Virus record (IMG/VR): IMGVR_UViG_3300032267_000290
Location: 1-62,057 of that record
DNA: 62,057 nt
DNA from: a virus
Lineage: Duplodnaviria > Caudoviricetes
Direction: 5' to 3' (one strand)
The notes beneath the pieces are model-generated. The model did not search any database and was not told the DNA's origin. It worked only from the letters and a program-made list of their open reading frames with translations. How positions within the stretch are numbered: position 1 is the stretch's first letter; each line of letters begins with the position of its first letter. The position numbers and the translations under genes are program-made. Of this stretch, positions 1-11,400 are shown piece after piece.

Positions 1-152
1 TAAAAATAGACGAGCGAGATGCCTACGCACTGGAGTACAAAGATGATCGTACCTTTTCTATGGAGGAAGTAGATGACATTCTTAGAGACGATCTTAATCG
101 CTTTGAGCGAGGTGTTGAACGCTTCTGTCCTGTCAAGCTCACTCAAGGTCAA
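1..152. repeat. Terminal overlap with 61906..62057 (circular genome/assembly junction)
   Basis: Bases 48-152 are identical to the window end; bases 1-47 differ from the end copy at 8 positions. Confidence 0.95.
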
Positions 153-347
153 TTCGATGCTCTTGTATCTTTTAGCTTTAATGTTGGTCTGGGAACACTA
201 CAGCGTAGCACCCTCCGTCAGAAGGTTATTCGGGGCGAAATGGAAGAAGCAGCAGAAGAGTTCTTGAAATATACGCTGGCTGGGGGTAAAGTACTAAAAG
301 GTCTAGTAACCCGCAGGAACGATGAACGTGCCTTATTCTTAAGTTAA
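1..347 (+). CDS. Endolysin, GH24 lysozyme, C-terminal part
   Basis: [17 protein letters not shown]...[14 protein letters not shown], typical GH24 C-terminus. Confidence 0.9.
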   Translation, partial: KIDERDAYALEYKDDRTFSMEEVDDILRDDLNRFERGVERFCPVKLTQGQFDALVSFSFNVGLGTLQRSTLRQKVIRGEMEEAAEEFLKYTLAGGKVLKGLVTRRNDERALFLS

Positions 348-348
348 T

Positions 349-2394
349 ATGCCACTACAGAAACTACAATTCAAACCAGGTTTAAACAGAGACCAAACAA
401 ACTACACCAACGAGGGTGGGTTCTTTGAGTGCAATAAGGTGCGCTTTCGTTCTGGCTATCCTCAAAAAATTGGCGGTTGGTTACGCTACGGGACATTTAC
501 AGTAGTAGGTATTTGCCGTCAGATGTTTAACTGGATTACCACGGCTTCGGATAACTATCTAGCCCTTGGGACGTCTAAAAAACTTTACATTGAAGCGGGT
601 CAGATTCTAAATGACATTACCCCTATACGGCAGACTTTTACTAGTCCAACTACCAATAACTGTTTTACCACTGTCAATCTTTCTAAAACCGTCACCGTTG
701 CAATTACATCCCATGGAGCTTCAGACGGAGACTATGTAACCTTTTCAGGAGCTACAGCGGTAGGCGGGATTTCTGCGACCACTCTAAATACTGAGTTTAT
801 TATTACCTTAATAGACTCAAACTCCTTTACGATTACCGCTGCGACTGCGGCTACGTCTTCGACTTCTGGCGGTGGCACGGGAATTACAGCAGCTTTTCAG
901 ATTAGCGTAGGAAATAATAATGCTGCATATGGAAACGGTTGGGGTGCAGGTACATGGAGTCGTGGAGCTTGGGGTTCTGGAAGCGCTACGCCAGTCGTTC
1001 TTTCTCAACGAGATTGGTTTTTACAAAACTTTGACAATGATTTAGTCGCTAATATTCGTAATGGCGTTATCTATTATTGGAAATATTCAGGTGGTCCATC
1101 AACTAGAGCTACCCCACTGGCTACTACAACCATAGACGGTGTTGCTCCTGCTGATGTTCCTACACAAGCAACGCAAGTTCTAGTTTCTCAAAACGACAAA
1201 CACTTACTTTGTTTTGGTGCTACCCCTTATGGAGGAGGTTCATTTGACCCTCTATTAATTCGCTGGGCAACCCAAGATCAGCCTAATGTATGGACACCTT
1301 TAGTTACAAACTCGGCAGGTTTTATACGGGTTTCTCGTGGTTCAGCCATTGTTTGTGCAGTAGCAACCCGCCAAGAGATTTTGGTTTATACCGAGGGAAC
1401 TTTAAATTCTCTCCAGTTCGTAGGCACCACAGACGTCTTTAGTCTTAATGAGCTTTCGGATAATATCTCAATCCTTAGCCCCCGTTCAGTTGTAGTCGTA
1501 AATAACACGGCTTATTGGTTTGGACATGACAAATTCTATGCCTATACAGGACGGGTTGAGACTTTACCTTGTTCCTTAAGAAATCATGTTTTTCAAGATC
1601 TAAACTACAGTCAAGCCGACCAGATTGTTTCTGGATCGAATGAGGGCTGGAACGAGGTCTGGTGGTTCTACCCAACGGCAGACAGTCAAATTAATAACGC
1701 CTACGTCATCTACAACCACTTAGAAAAAATTTGGTACTACGGCACGATAGACCGTACTGCGTGGTCAGATTCGTCTCTAAGGGAATACCCTCAAGCTGTT
1801 ACAGGAACCTATGTTACAGGTTCTATTGCTTCTACGACTTTGACAGTCACTGCGGTCTCGGTAGGCGTCTTACAAGTCGGCTCTGTCATTACTGGAACGG
1901 GCGTAGCTACAGGAACCACAATAACGGCTCTAGGCACTGGGACTGGCGGGATTGGGACTTACACAGTCAATATTTCTCAGAGTGTCGTATCAACTGCTAT
2001 TACGGCTGACAGTATTATTTATAACCATGAGCAGGGACTAAATGACGGCACGAATGCGATGACATCGTTTATTTCGTCTTCAGACTTTGACCTGGTAGAT
2101 GGGGATCAGTTTATCCTAACTAAACGAATTATCCCTGACCTTAGTTTTACGGGATCGACTGCCACTTTGCCTGCGGTCACAATGTATATCAAACCACGGA
2201 ACTTTCCTGGCAATGCATATTCCAATACAGACTCCGAGCAGGTCATCGAGACTTCCGTAGACATATATACCGAACAGATCTTCATGCGGGCTAGGGCTAG
2301 GCAGATGGCTATTCAGATTGAATCAACCGACTTAAACGTCCAATGGCAGTTAGGTAGTCCAAGATTGGATGGCAGACCAGATGGGCGCAGATAA
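349..2394 (+). CDS. Tail nozzle / packaged-DNA stabilisation protein (P22 gp10 / tubular-B-like) with inserted Thr/Gly-rich domains
   Basis: 681 aa, beta-rich, ends in RARARQ..I.I...WQLG..RLD...DGRR; lies just before the internal virion proteins. Confidence 0.7.
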   Translation: MPLQKLQFKPGLNRDQTNYTNEGGFFECNKVRFRSGYPQKIGGWLRYGTFTVVGICRQMFNWITTASDNYLALGTSKKLYIEAGQILNDITPIRQTFTSPTTNNCFTTVNLSKTVTVAITSHGASDGDYVTFSGATAVGGISATTLNTEFIITLIDSNSFTITAATAATSSTSGGGTGITAAFQISVGNNNAAYGNGWGAGTWSRGAWGSGSATPVVLSQRDWFLQNFDNDLVANIRNGVIYYWKYSGGPSTRATPLATTTIDGVAPADVPTQATQVLVSQNDKHLLCFGATPYGGGSFDPLLIRWATQDQPNVWTPLVTNSAGFIRVSRGSAIVCAVATRQEILVYTEGTLNSLQFVGTTDVFSLNELSDNISILSPRSVVVVNNTAYWFGHDKFYAYTGRVETLPCSLRNHVFQDLNYSQADQIVSGSNEGWNEVWWFYPTADSQINNAYVIYNHLEKIWYYGTIDRTAWSDSSLREYPQAVTGTYVTGSIASTTLTVTAVSVGVLQVGSVITGTGVATGTTITALGTGTGGIGTYTVNISQSVVSTAITADSIIYNHEQGLNDGTNAMTSFISSSDFDLVDGDQFILTKRIIPDLSFTGSTATLPAVTMYIKPRNFPGNAYSNTDSEQVIETSVDIYTEQIFMRARARQMAIQIESTDLNVQWQLGSPRLDGRPDGRR

Positions 2395-2690
2395 TGGCAA
2401 TGCAAAAGTTCCGAGCGCCAGCCTTGCCGCTTGCGACACCAGAATACGACCAACAGCAACTGTCTCAGTTAATCGGGGTTTTAAGACTATATTTCACCCA
2501 GTTAGACTCAAACGTGCCTTTACAGGCAGACGGGATCAGACTGTTAAATTTGCCAACATCGGGGTACAATTTGCCAGACGGCACTGTATTTCAAGTTGGC
2601 GAAGACTTGCGGATTGTTGTACCTTATATTTCTTATCTATTTGGAGTATCAGCCACAGCTAGTGTGGGGACGGTAACGGTAACGGTATGA
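2394..2690 (+). CDS. Virion structural protein (hypothetical)
   Basis: Coupled ORF; LP.ATPEYD...LRLYF N-terminus typical of the gene after the nozzle. Confidence 0.6.
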   Translation: MAMQKFRAPALPLATPEYDQQQLSQLIGVLRLYFTQLDSNVPLQADGIRLLNLPTSGYNLPDGTVFQVGEDLRIVVPYISYLFGVSATASVGTVTVTV

Positions 2691-3052
2691 AACCATCAGA
2701 AATTATCCTAAACGATAAAGAATCCATAAAAGCTGGAGCCGAAAAGGTATTGGCGTCTGTACAAAAATTAGTAGGTTCTGGACATGGTGTTTTGTTGCAG
2801 AACAACAATTCTGTTTTGTTGTTGGTTCGTCTTGGAGACGGTTTGGTTGAGCTTCATCTGTATACTTTAGATAAACCAATAACTGTAGCAAAATCTATTA
2901 AATACTTTATTCAAAAGATTAAGGCATCTGACCTAAAGGCGGTTTATGGAACAGCCCCTATGGACTCACCTGTCGTACAAATGCTTAATATAAGTGGAGT
3001 TAAAGTAGAAAAATCAAATTTGCCAAACTTTCAATGGATGGCTAAAGTATGA
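2687..3052 (+). CDS. Hypothetical protein (position of the GNAT-like virion assembly gene in podoviruses)
   Basis: ATGA-coupled ORF; function inferred from synteny only. Confidence 0.5.
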   Translation: MKPSEIILNDKESIKAGAEKVLASVQKLVGSGHGVLLQNNNSVLLLVRLGDGLVELHLYTLDKPITVAKSIKYFIQKIKASDLKAVYGTAPMDSPVVQMLNISGVKVEKSNLPNFQWMAKV

Positions 3053-5694
3053 GATACCACCTAGAATCCACTCTTCCTATTCACGCTTTCCAACCTTTAG
3101 GCGGAAGACATAACCCGTTTAAACACGGAATGACTTTAGAAGGCGGTGGTGGTGGAATAATTAGTAGTATTGGTGATGCATTTAGTGGAGTTGGTGACGC
3201 ACTTAGTGGTGTTTTTGAATCAATTGATAGTAATTTAGTTAACCTAGATAAAACGGTTGGTGATGTAGTACCTGGAGGTTGGGCAACAGTTGCGGCTATA
3301 GCGGTTCCTTATGCTGCTCCTTATTTTACTGGTGCAGCACTAACTGCTGGACAAGCGGCTGCATTATCTGCTGGTACAAGAGCAGCTACTGGAGCAATTA
3401 AAGGTGAAGATCCAGAAGATATTTTGAAAGGTGCCGCTTTAGCTGCCGCAGGTTCATATGGTTTAAGTTCTTTAGGCGGTTCTGATGTAGCCAGAGATTT
3501 TGATTATGTACCTGAAGTAGCTAGAGATTTTGATTATATTCCTGAATCTGTTCCATTAGAAAAAGCAATACAAACATCACCTGAACCTGCTGTTCCTATA
3601 GAAGAGTTTGGTCCTACAGATACAGAATTAGGTCGAACTGAGATGTCAGATATAGACCCAACAAGGATGGAGGGAGTTAGATCATTAGTAGCTGAATCTG
3701 GAGTAGATCCAATGTCAGCTACAGGAGGTCGTTTTGATCCATTTATAGGTGTAAACCCAACAAGTAATATTTATACAGACCTACCCGTTGGATATGAGTT
3801 TATGGGTCCAAACGGAATGGAAATAGTTGGTCCTAATGGAAAAACATATTTACAAAAAGATTTATATAACGCTTTAAGTGATTTAAGTAACCCACAAACT
3901 GTTCCATTTGATTCTCCAACTTTAGATAAAAGTATTAATTTTGATAATTTTTCACAAAATGTAAAGTTAGATGCTAGACCTTATATATTAGATTACGACC
4001 CACAAATTTCAGCATTTCAACCTGCGGATAGTAATCAAGCACTACAAAGTCAGTACGAAACAAATATTAATGATTTAGGTGCTGGTACAAGTCCTTATGG
4101 AGAAGCAAATGAACTTTCCAGCATTAACGAATTAGTAAAAGATCCATTTGCAAATCCAAGACCAAATTTCTTAGATGACCCATTAAAAAACATTTCTAAT
4201 AGAACGTCTGATGCACTTGAGTATGTTAAAAATGCTCCAGAAAATGCATACAAATACTTAAGAGATACCCCAATAAAAGAAATGGGGTCTGATCTTTATG
4301 ACTTTACTGGAAGAAATTTACCTGCAATTGGTTTGGGAGCATTAGCTTTATCTAGCATGGGTGGACAACAGCCACAGCCTCAAGGTCAGCCTGCTACGGC
4401 TGATTCACGATACACAGGTGGTTATGGATCCTCTGGTTACACAGGTGGTTATGGATCCTCTGGTGGTGTTTCTGACCCTTATTTGTTAAGAAATCGAATA
4501 AACGCAGCTAATATTTACAATTATAGAAATCCATATACATCTCGATATGCCGAAGGAGGAGAGGTGAAACATTTTGCCTTGGGCGGTATTTCTAATGCTA
4601 TTACACGATTTACTCAACCTATTGAAAAAGCTATTATTCAACCTATAGGACAGGCTCTTCCTTTCTTAAAAGACGTAGCTCCTTATGCTGGAATCCTAGC
4701 CGCTCCGTTTATTGCTAGTCCTTTTGCTGCCGCAGGAGTTGGAGCTTTGTCTTCTGGATTTGGTAGACCAGGCACAGGATTTGATATGAAACGTGCCTTG
4801 ATGGGCGGTATAGCTGCTTATGGTGCATCCACTGTTGGTGCTGGTTTAGAGGCTGCTGGACAAGAAAATTATGCAATGCCTGATGGCGGAACTGGATTTA
4901 CAAGCGGCTCTATGGATGACGCCATAGGTGCTGTAAAAGAATCTCCTAAGTCTTTCTTTAGAGACACTGACGCAATGCAAAAAGGCGTTGGTAATTTGCT
5001 TGGCTCTGATTCTAAAGCGGCAGCAGCACGATTTGGAACTGAAGCTGGAGTATTTAAATCAGGAGTTCCATTAGTTATGGGAACGTCTGGAATGATGGCT
5101 ATAGATGAAGCCAGTAAGATGCGAGAAGAAGCAGAACGTTCTGCTGGAGTAGGGAGGCAAGAACAGGCGGATATGTTAGCTAGAATATCCAAGGGCAGAA
5201 AACGGGCAGAAGACGCTGTAAGGGCAAACCCTTATATGTATGCTATGGGCGGCTCAGTAGATGATGAACTAGGCGGAGACTACTCTGCTATGGGTATGGA
5301 TCAGGGCAATATGCAAAAAGGTCTGTTTGGTCTTGGCTATGCTGCTGGCGGTATGCCAAGTCTAGCTTTAAGTAGACTTTCTCAACCAGCCTTTAATGAG
5401 GGTGCTGTAGGTGGTATGCAACAGTTTGCTACTGGCGGCTCTCCTCGATTTTTATCAGGCGGTGGAGATGGTATGAGTGACTCTATCCCAGCTACAATAG
5501 GTGGAACTCAAGAAGCTAGATTGGCTGATGGTGAGTTTGTTATTCCTGCTGATGTAGTGTCTCATCTTGGAAACGGGTCTTCCAAGGCTGGTGCAAAACA
5601 GTTATATTCCATGATGGATAGGGTAAGAAAAGCTCGTACAGGCAATGAAAAGCAAGGTCGTCAGATTAAACCTAATAAAATGATGCCCGCTTAA
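3049..5694 (+). CDS. Internal virion/ejection protein with repeated [YF]AxGG motifs
   Basis: 881 aa, Gly/Ala-rich; C-terminal GGGDGMSDSIPA...ARLADGEFVIPADVV domain. Confidence 0.7.
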   Translation: MRYHLESTLPIHAFQPLGGRHNPFKHGMTLEGGGGGIISSIGDAFSGVGDALSGVFESIDSNLVNLDKTVGDVVPGGWATVAAIAVPYAAPYFTGAALTAGQAAALSAGTRAATGAIKGEDPEDILKGAALAAAGSYGLSSLGGSDVARDFDYVPEVARDFDYIPESVPLEKAIQTSPEPAVPIEEFGPTDTELGRTEMSDIDPTRMEGVRSLVAESGVDPMSATGGRFDPFIGVNPTSNIYTDLPVGYEFMGPNGMEIVGPNGKTYLQKDLYNALSDLSNPQTVPFDSPTLDKSINFDNFSQNVKLDARPYILDYDPQISAFQPADSNQALQSQYETNINDLGAGTSPYGEANELSSINELVKDPFANPRPNFLDDPLKNISNRTSDALEYVKNAPENAYKYLRDTPIKEMGSDLYDFTGRNLPAIGLGALALSSMGGQQPQPQGQPATADSRYTGGYGSSGYTGGYGSSGGVSDPYLLRNRINAANIYNYRNPYTSRYAEGGEVKHFALGGISNAITRFTQPIEKAIIQPIGQALPFLKDVAPYAGILAAPFIASPFAAAGVGALSSGFGRPGTGFDMKRALMGGIAAYGASTVGAGLEAAGQENYAMPDGGTGFTSGSMDDAIGAVKESPKSFFRDTDAMQKGVGNLLGSDSKAAAARFGTEAGVFKSGVPLVMGTSGMMAIDEASKMREEAERSAGVGRQEQADMLARISKGRKRAEDAVRANPYMYAMGGSVDDELGGDYSAMGMDQGNMQKGLFGLGYAAGGMPSLALSRLSQPAFNEGAVGGMQQFATGGSPRFLSGGGDGMSDSIPATIGGTQEARLADGEFVIPADVVSHLGNGSSKAGAKQLYSMMDRVRKARTGNEKQGRQIKPNKMMPA
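4411..4464. repeat. Perfect 27-bp tandem duplication (YTGGYGSSG x2)
   Basis: tacacaggtggttatggatcctctggt occurs twice. Confidence 0.9.
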
Positions 5695-5704
5695 AGGATA
5701 AATT

Positions 5705-6610
5705 ATGGCTCAAACTACTACAGTAACAACAGGTCAACAATCAATTCCGCAGGAGTTAATGCCGTATTTTACTGGCGTTGATCAAGCCTATGGAATCCTG
5801 CCTAAAGCACAAGAAGTATTTGCTAGAAATTACGCTACAGCATATGGTAATCCTTTAGCCGCTCAAGGATTAGAGGGTGCTGGTCGTATTGCTGGACTGT
5901 CGGCTCAAGAAGAAACCGCAGGACAACAAATTGCGGCAATGCAACAACCAGCACAATTTACCACTGGGTATGGCGCTTACGGTCAGGGATTGGGTGCTTT
6001 AGGTTCTATGTTAAGTCCTGAGCAGACTCAAGCCTATATGTCGCCTTATGCTCAGAACGTTATTGACGTTAATAAAGCAGAAGCATTAAGGGATGCACAA
6101 AAAGGATTAATGGCACAAAACTTAGGTGCTGCCCGTCAAGGAACTTATGGTGGAGCTAGACAACTATTAGCCCAGACTGAAGCCGATAGAAATCTTCAGA
6201 CTAAGTTAGGTCAAATACAGGCTATGGGTTTACAAAACGCCTTTGAAGCCGCACAGAAAGCTCAGTTAGGTTCTGCTGCTACCTATGGTCAATTAGGTCA
6301 AGGATTAGGTCAGCAAGGTGCGTTACAGCAACAGACAGACCTAGCCCGCTCTACCGCTTTAGGAGCGTTTGGTGGTACAGAACGTAGTGTTGCACAGCAA
6401 CAATTAGACGCTCAGTATCAAGACCAAATGAGAGCTTTAGGTTTCCCAGAGCAACAGTTAGGTTCTTTTGCCAATATCCTCCGTGGCGTCCCATTAGGAG
6501 ATTCTGCTGGTACTCAAACCATGACCACTCCACCTCCTAGTTTTGCTAGTCAATTAGCTGGTATTGGTTTGGGAGGTCTTTCCTTATTTAATATGATGGG
6601 TCAAAAATGA
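5705..6610 (+). CDS. DNA ejection / pilot protein
   Basis: Gln/Ala/Gly-rich; YMSPY..NV and GTYGGARQ motifs; hydrophobic Gly-rich C-terminus. Confidence 0.7.
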   Translation: MAQTTTVTTGQQSIPQELMPYFTGVDQAYGILPKAQEVFARNYATAYGNPLAAQGLEGAGRIAGLSAQEETAGQQIAAMQQPAQFTTGYGAYGQGLGALGSMLSPEQTQAYMSPYAQNVIDVNKAEALRDAQKGLMAQNLGAARQGTYGGARQLLAQTEADRNLQTKLGQIQAMGLQNAFEAAQKAQLGSAATYGQLGQGLGQQGALQQQTDLARSTALGAFGGTERSVAQQQLDAQYQDQMRALGFPEQQLGSFANILRGVPLGDSAGTQTMTTPPPSFASQLAGIGLGGLSLFNMMGQK

Positions 6611-8460
6611 GCATCTTATCCGCCATCCGTCAGCAATCTGGTTCTATTGATGACCTAGCTAAACTCCCGCAAGCCATGATTATGCAGATGGCTCAACGCA
6701 AACAAATTTCTACTGAAATGGTAGCTCCTATCCTTGCCCGCAAAGCAGAAATGATAGACGCTGCTGCTAAATCCAAAGCTATGCAAGGCGGTCTTCCACA
6801 GACGTCCGTGATGGAACAGATTATTGCCCAGAACTCTGCGGCAGAACAACCACAACAGATGCCACAAATGGAAAACACTGGGGTAGCTCAATTGCCAGTA
6901 CCAGAGCGGTCTTATGCTGGTGGTGGAATTATTGCGTTTGCTAAAGGCAGTTTAATTGAAGATGATGACGATGACATAGATCCATATGATGACTATGTAA
7001 AAGCTAATGCTGCGGTTCAAAAAGCTAATGCAATGCCTGTTGCAAGGTCTGTTCTTCCACAAAGCTACGAAGCCGCCTTAGCTGAGAAAGGTCAAACCCC
7101 TGCCTCTGTCCGTAAAATGATGATGGAAGGACCTAAAAAAGGTGACTATGTTATGCCACCAATGGACGTTCCTAAACGTGGCGGTCATAAATATGAAGAT
7201 GCCGTTATCAAAGAAGCCCAGCGTCTAGGGGTAGACCCTAGCCTTGCGTTGCACGTTCTATACAAAGAAACAGGCAATTTAACAAATCCTGAAACAGCCA
7301 AGTCTAAAGCTGGTGCTATTGGTGTAATGCAACTAATGCCTAAAACTGCTAAAGGTCTAGGTGTAGATCCACTAAATCCAGAAGAGAACATTCGTGGCGG
7401 TGTAACGTATCTTAAGCAAATGTATGACAAGTACCAAGATCCTACCCTTGCTTTGGCTGCTTACAATGCTGGTCCTGGTCGGTTAGACAAAGCTTTAAAG
7501 AGCGGGCAAGGAATAGCTGGATTGCCACGGGAAACACAAAATTATGTAGTTGCCAGCCGTATGGCTAGTGGCGGAGAAGTTCAACATTTTGAAACTGGCG
7601 GTCAACCAAGAGTTGGTAGAGCTGGTCAAGCCACTGGTTCTAATTTTTTCCCAGAAAGCCAAAGAACTACAGCAGCTAAAAAGAATCGTACTGCCGATGC
7701 TATTCCAGAAGAACCAAAAAATCGTGGAACTCAAAATCAAATTCAGGGAGAGCAAGAAGAAAAAGCAGCGTTACCCATTGATTTTAAAACTGCTCCCGTT
7801 CTAATGGATAGTCCAACTTATGCAGAGTTAGGATATACACCTCCTGCTAATGCAACAGCAGCAACAGCAAAAACTCCAATGGAATTATTTTTAGAACAAA
7901 ATGCCGCAGATAGAGAAGCTCTTGGTAAACAACGTCTAGAAGATAGAAACATGGCTTTATTAGCCGCTGGTTTAGGGATGTTAGGCGGTGAGTCTCCTTA
8001 TGCTTTTGCCAATATTGGTAAGGGCGGATTGTCTGGCGTTTCTTATCTTTCTGATGCCAATAAACAAAGAGCGGCACAACAGGCTGCATTAGACAAAAAC
8101 CGAGTTGCTGCAATGCACTATGGAAACGTAGGCAAATATTATGAAAGTCAAATATTAGATAAAGAAGAAAGACAAAAACTAGGCGAACAAAGATTGCAAG
8201 AAACTGCATTTCAAAATGCTATTCGTTATAGAGATATGATGTTAAATAGACTTAAAGCAGAAGGATTTGATCCAGCATTAATAGCTGCTTTGCCTAATAC
8301 TGACCCACAAAAAAGAGCATTTAATCAACGTTTATCTGAAATTGAAAACGATCCTTATCTTTTAGAGCAATACCGTAAAGCTGGTATGCCACTAAAAGAA
8401 AAACCAGTTGCAGCTAGTAATGTAAGAAATTATGATTCTAAAGGTAAAGAAATCAAATAA
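6607..8460 (+). CDS. Internal virion protein with soluble lytic transglycosylase (SLT) domain
   Basis: KETG...SKAGAIGVMQLMPKTA...ENIRGG..YL...ALAAYNAGPG...ETQNYV. Confidence 0.85.
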   Translation: MSILSAIRQQSGSIDDLAKLPQAMIMQMAQRKQISTEMVAPILARKAEMIDAAAKSKAMQGGLPQTSVMEQIIAQNSAAEQPQQMPQMENTGVAQLPVPERSYAGGGIIAFAKGSLIEDDDDDIDPYDDYVKANAAVQKANAMPVARSVLPQSYEAALAEKGQTPASVRKMMMEGPKKGDYVMPPMDVPKRGGHKYEDAVIKEAQRLGVDPSLALHVLYKETGNLTNPETAKSKAGAIGVMQLMPKTAKGLGVDPLNPEENIRGGVTYLKQMYDKYQDPTLALAAYNAGPGRLDKALKSGQGIAGLPRETQNYVVASRMASGGEVQHFETGGQPRVGRAGQATGSNFFPESQRTTAAKKNRTADAIPEEPKNRGTQNQIQGEQEEKAALPIDFKTAPVLMDSPTYAELGYTPPANATAATAKTPMELFLEQNAADREALGKQRLEDRNMALLAAGLGMLGGESPYAFANIGKGGLSGVSYLSDANKQRAAQQAALDKNRVAAMHYGNVGKYYESQILDKEERQKLGEQRLQETAFQNAIRYRDMMLNRLKAEGFDPALIAALPNTDPQKRAFNQRLSEIENDPYLLEQYRKAGMPLKEKPVAASNVRNYDSKGKEIK

Positions 8461-8469
8461 GGGGTCAGT

Positions 8470-11400
8470 ATGGCAATTACCGCTCAATTATTTGACGGAA
8501 CTATTTTGCAGTTTCCAGATGATACGGATAAATCCGTTATTGATAGGACTGTAAAAAGGGTTACAGAAGAAAAACAAATAAAACCTGATACTGGTTTTAC
8601 TGGTGCTTTTTCAGCGGGAAAAGAACGTTTAAAAGGTGATGTAGCACTTCTGGCTGGCAAAACTGGACTAATGAGTCTAGAAGATGCTGAACGCTATAAA
8701 GAAGAAAAAGACGCTTTAGCTCAGAAAATGTTTAAACCAACCGAAGAAGGTTGGTCTCAGGCTCCATTTTTAAAGTTTAGAGAAACCCTAGGCGGTTCTC
8801 TTCCCTATATGGCTGCTCCATTAGCTGCTGGTGTTGGAGCTAAAGTTCTTGGTGTTGGTGCAGGTGTTGGTCTTGCTGGCGCTGGACTTGCCTCTTTAGG
8901 ACAGTTCACTGGATCTAACCTTTCCCGCCAAATAGAAACAGGCAAGTCTTTGGAAGAAGCCAGCCTTGGTAAGGCTGCTGCTGCCGCTGTTCCGCAGACA
9001 GCTTTAGACGTTGTTTCCTTAAGAATGATCCCATCGATTGGCAGACTCTTCGGTGCGGCTGGCAAAGAAGTCACTCCAGAACTAGCCAAGAAGATTGCCG
9101 AGCAAGGAATGCTTAGAACCACTGCCGCTTATGGTGCTGGTTCAGCCAAGTTAGCTGGTATTGAAGGTGCTACCGAAGTCGGGCAACAGTTCCTAGAACG
9201 CCTACAGGCTGGTTTAAACATCTCAGACCAACAAGCCAGAGATGAATACTTTGATAGCTTTATTGGCGGTGCAGTCCTTGGCGGTACATTAGCCGTACCT
9301 GGCACTTACTTAGAGCGTGGGGCTACCATCAGCAAGGGCAAGCAGATGGAAGAGGATCAAAAGCAACAAGCTATCCTTGACCGTAAAAAAGCTGAACAAG
9401 AAGCCGCCTTGGCAGAACGTCAACGCATACAAGAAACCCAACAAAAACTAGGGGTTGACACTAAGACTCTAGCCCTACCCGCTCCAGAGAAAAAGTACGT
9501 AGAGCCATCCGAAGACGATCCTTTATTTAATCCTTTGGGACGATTTAAGACTACTGACCTTAGTGCCAAGGAAATTGCAGAGATTAACCAACGCAGACAG
9601 GCGATGGGCAAGGCTCGTATTGGCAAGACTTTCTCTATTGAAGACTTGGCTGATGTCTTTACCCCAGAAGAGACTAAGACCGCAGAAGGTGTCCTAGGAC
9701 GCTTAGTAGCCTCTAGGACGGGTTTTCAGGCTGGAGATGACATATCCCCTGCAACTTTAAATTTAGCCGCCCAGCAACGTGGTATTTCTACCGATACTCA
9801 AGGCTTTAGAGACTTCCTAGAAAGAACCACTGGAACTAACAGTTTGGAGAATATGTCTCCTCCCCAGCGTTTGGCGGTTAAACAGGCTTTAGAAAACATC
9901 CCTGAAGGGGCAGAATCCCAAGTCCTACAGGCTGGTATTACTACGGTTAAACACTATACCCCTGAGCAATATACCCAGACCATTGGCGGTATCAATAAAG
10001 AATTTGCCGAAGTGGGCAATAAGCCTAACGGCAGAGAGAGCATACTTAAACAGATTGAGCAATATAGCGGTCTGACTAGACGGAAAGACCAGCAACGTCT
10101 TTTAGACCAAGCCATCCTTAGCGGTGACTTGGAGCGTGTCGTTGAGGTTCGGAACGTCAATGGTGTGGAAAAGAATGTGGAGATGATCCAAAAACCCACC
10201 CCAAGAAAAGAGCTGCCTGGCGGCATGGACATCCGTAGAGAAACGTTTAAACAGGGAGAGACTCCTGATCTTTATGAAATTCGCTCTGGCAGTCGGGTCA
10301 TCAACCAGAAGGAAACTGCTGAGGAAGCAGAAGAGGAACTGGTCATACATGAGAAAAACCGTCAGGCTAAAGTTATTGACCTAGAGAAAAAAATTGCCAG
10401 TTTACAGGCTGGTATTCAAAAGCGGGAAGCTGATTTACTTAATGATCGGTCATTGGGACAGGATCAGGACAATGCTTTCTTTATTAAGTCAGCCAACTAC
10501 TATGGTCAGGATCAGGTAGCCAACCAAGATATTGCCAACCTACGGCAACAACAGCAACAATTTGCCCAGCCTATTCAAATAGTGCCTGTTGGTACTAGAG
10601 CATTGACCCAAAGCAAGTTTACCTACTATGAAAAAGGTAAGCCAACTGTTAAGTTTGACAGCGAAGAACAGGCTGAAGCATATGGCATAAGCCGTTTAAA
10701 CGACCAGACATTGCAGCAGATCATTGATTCTGCCTCAGCACAGAAACAAACAGGCAGAGTAAAGCGTTATGTAAACTTAGCCCAAAAAGAACTAGACTCC
10801 CGCACTGGTAAGAAGCCCGCAGGTATTGAAATTACCACTAAACAGGGGCTAGAAGGTGCTGAACAACGTTTAGAGAAGCTTGGTCTTATTAAAGCAGAAG
10901 CACAAAAGAAGCTAACAGACAATATAGAGGCTCTTCGCAAGTCTTTAATGCCAGTCCTTAAACGTTTTGGTTTGGAAAAAATTGGTTTAGACATTGTTGA
11001 GAGCATTGAAAACGGCAAAGCAGATGGTTCTTACGTTAAAAACTTAATTACATTGGCTCTAGATGCTAAAGATGTCATGGGAACTCTCCGCCATGAGTCT
11101 ATCCATGCCCTTAAGGAGCTTGGTGGCTTTACCGATGCAGAATGGAAAGTCCTAACCAATAAAGCTAAGACGGAATGGGTTCAAAAGTTTATTAAAGATC
11201 GTGGTCTGTTTAAACGTTATCAAGACCAATACAAACAGGACTACGGCACATTAAAAGGCTTTGACGAGTACATTCAAGAAGAGGCTATTGCCGAGGCTTT
11301 CCGTTTCTACAGCAAAAACAAACTGCCAGCAGGCATGATTGGCAACATCATTGTTCGCTTACAGAAGTTCTTTGAAGCTCTCCGTAACTCCCTTAATAAA

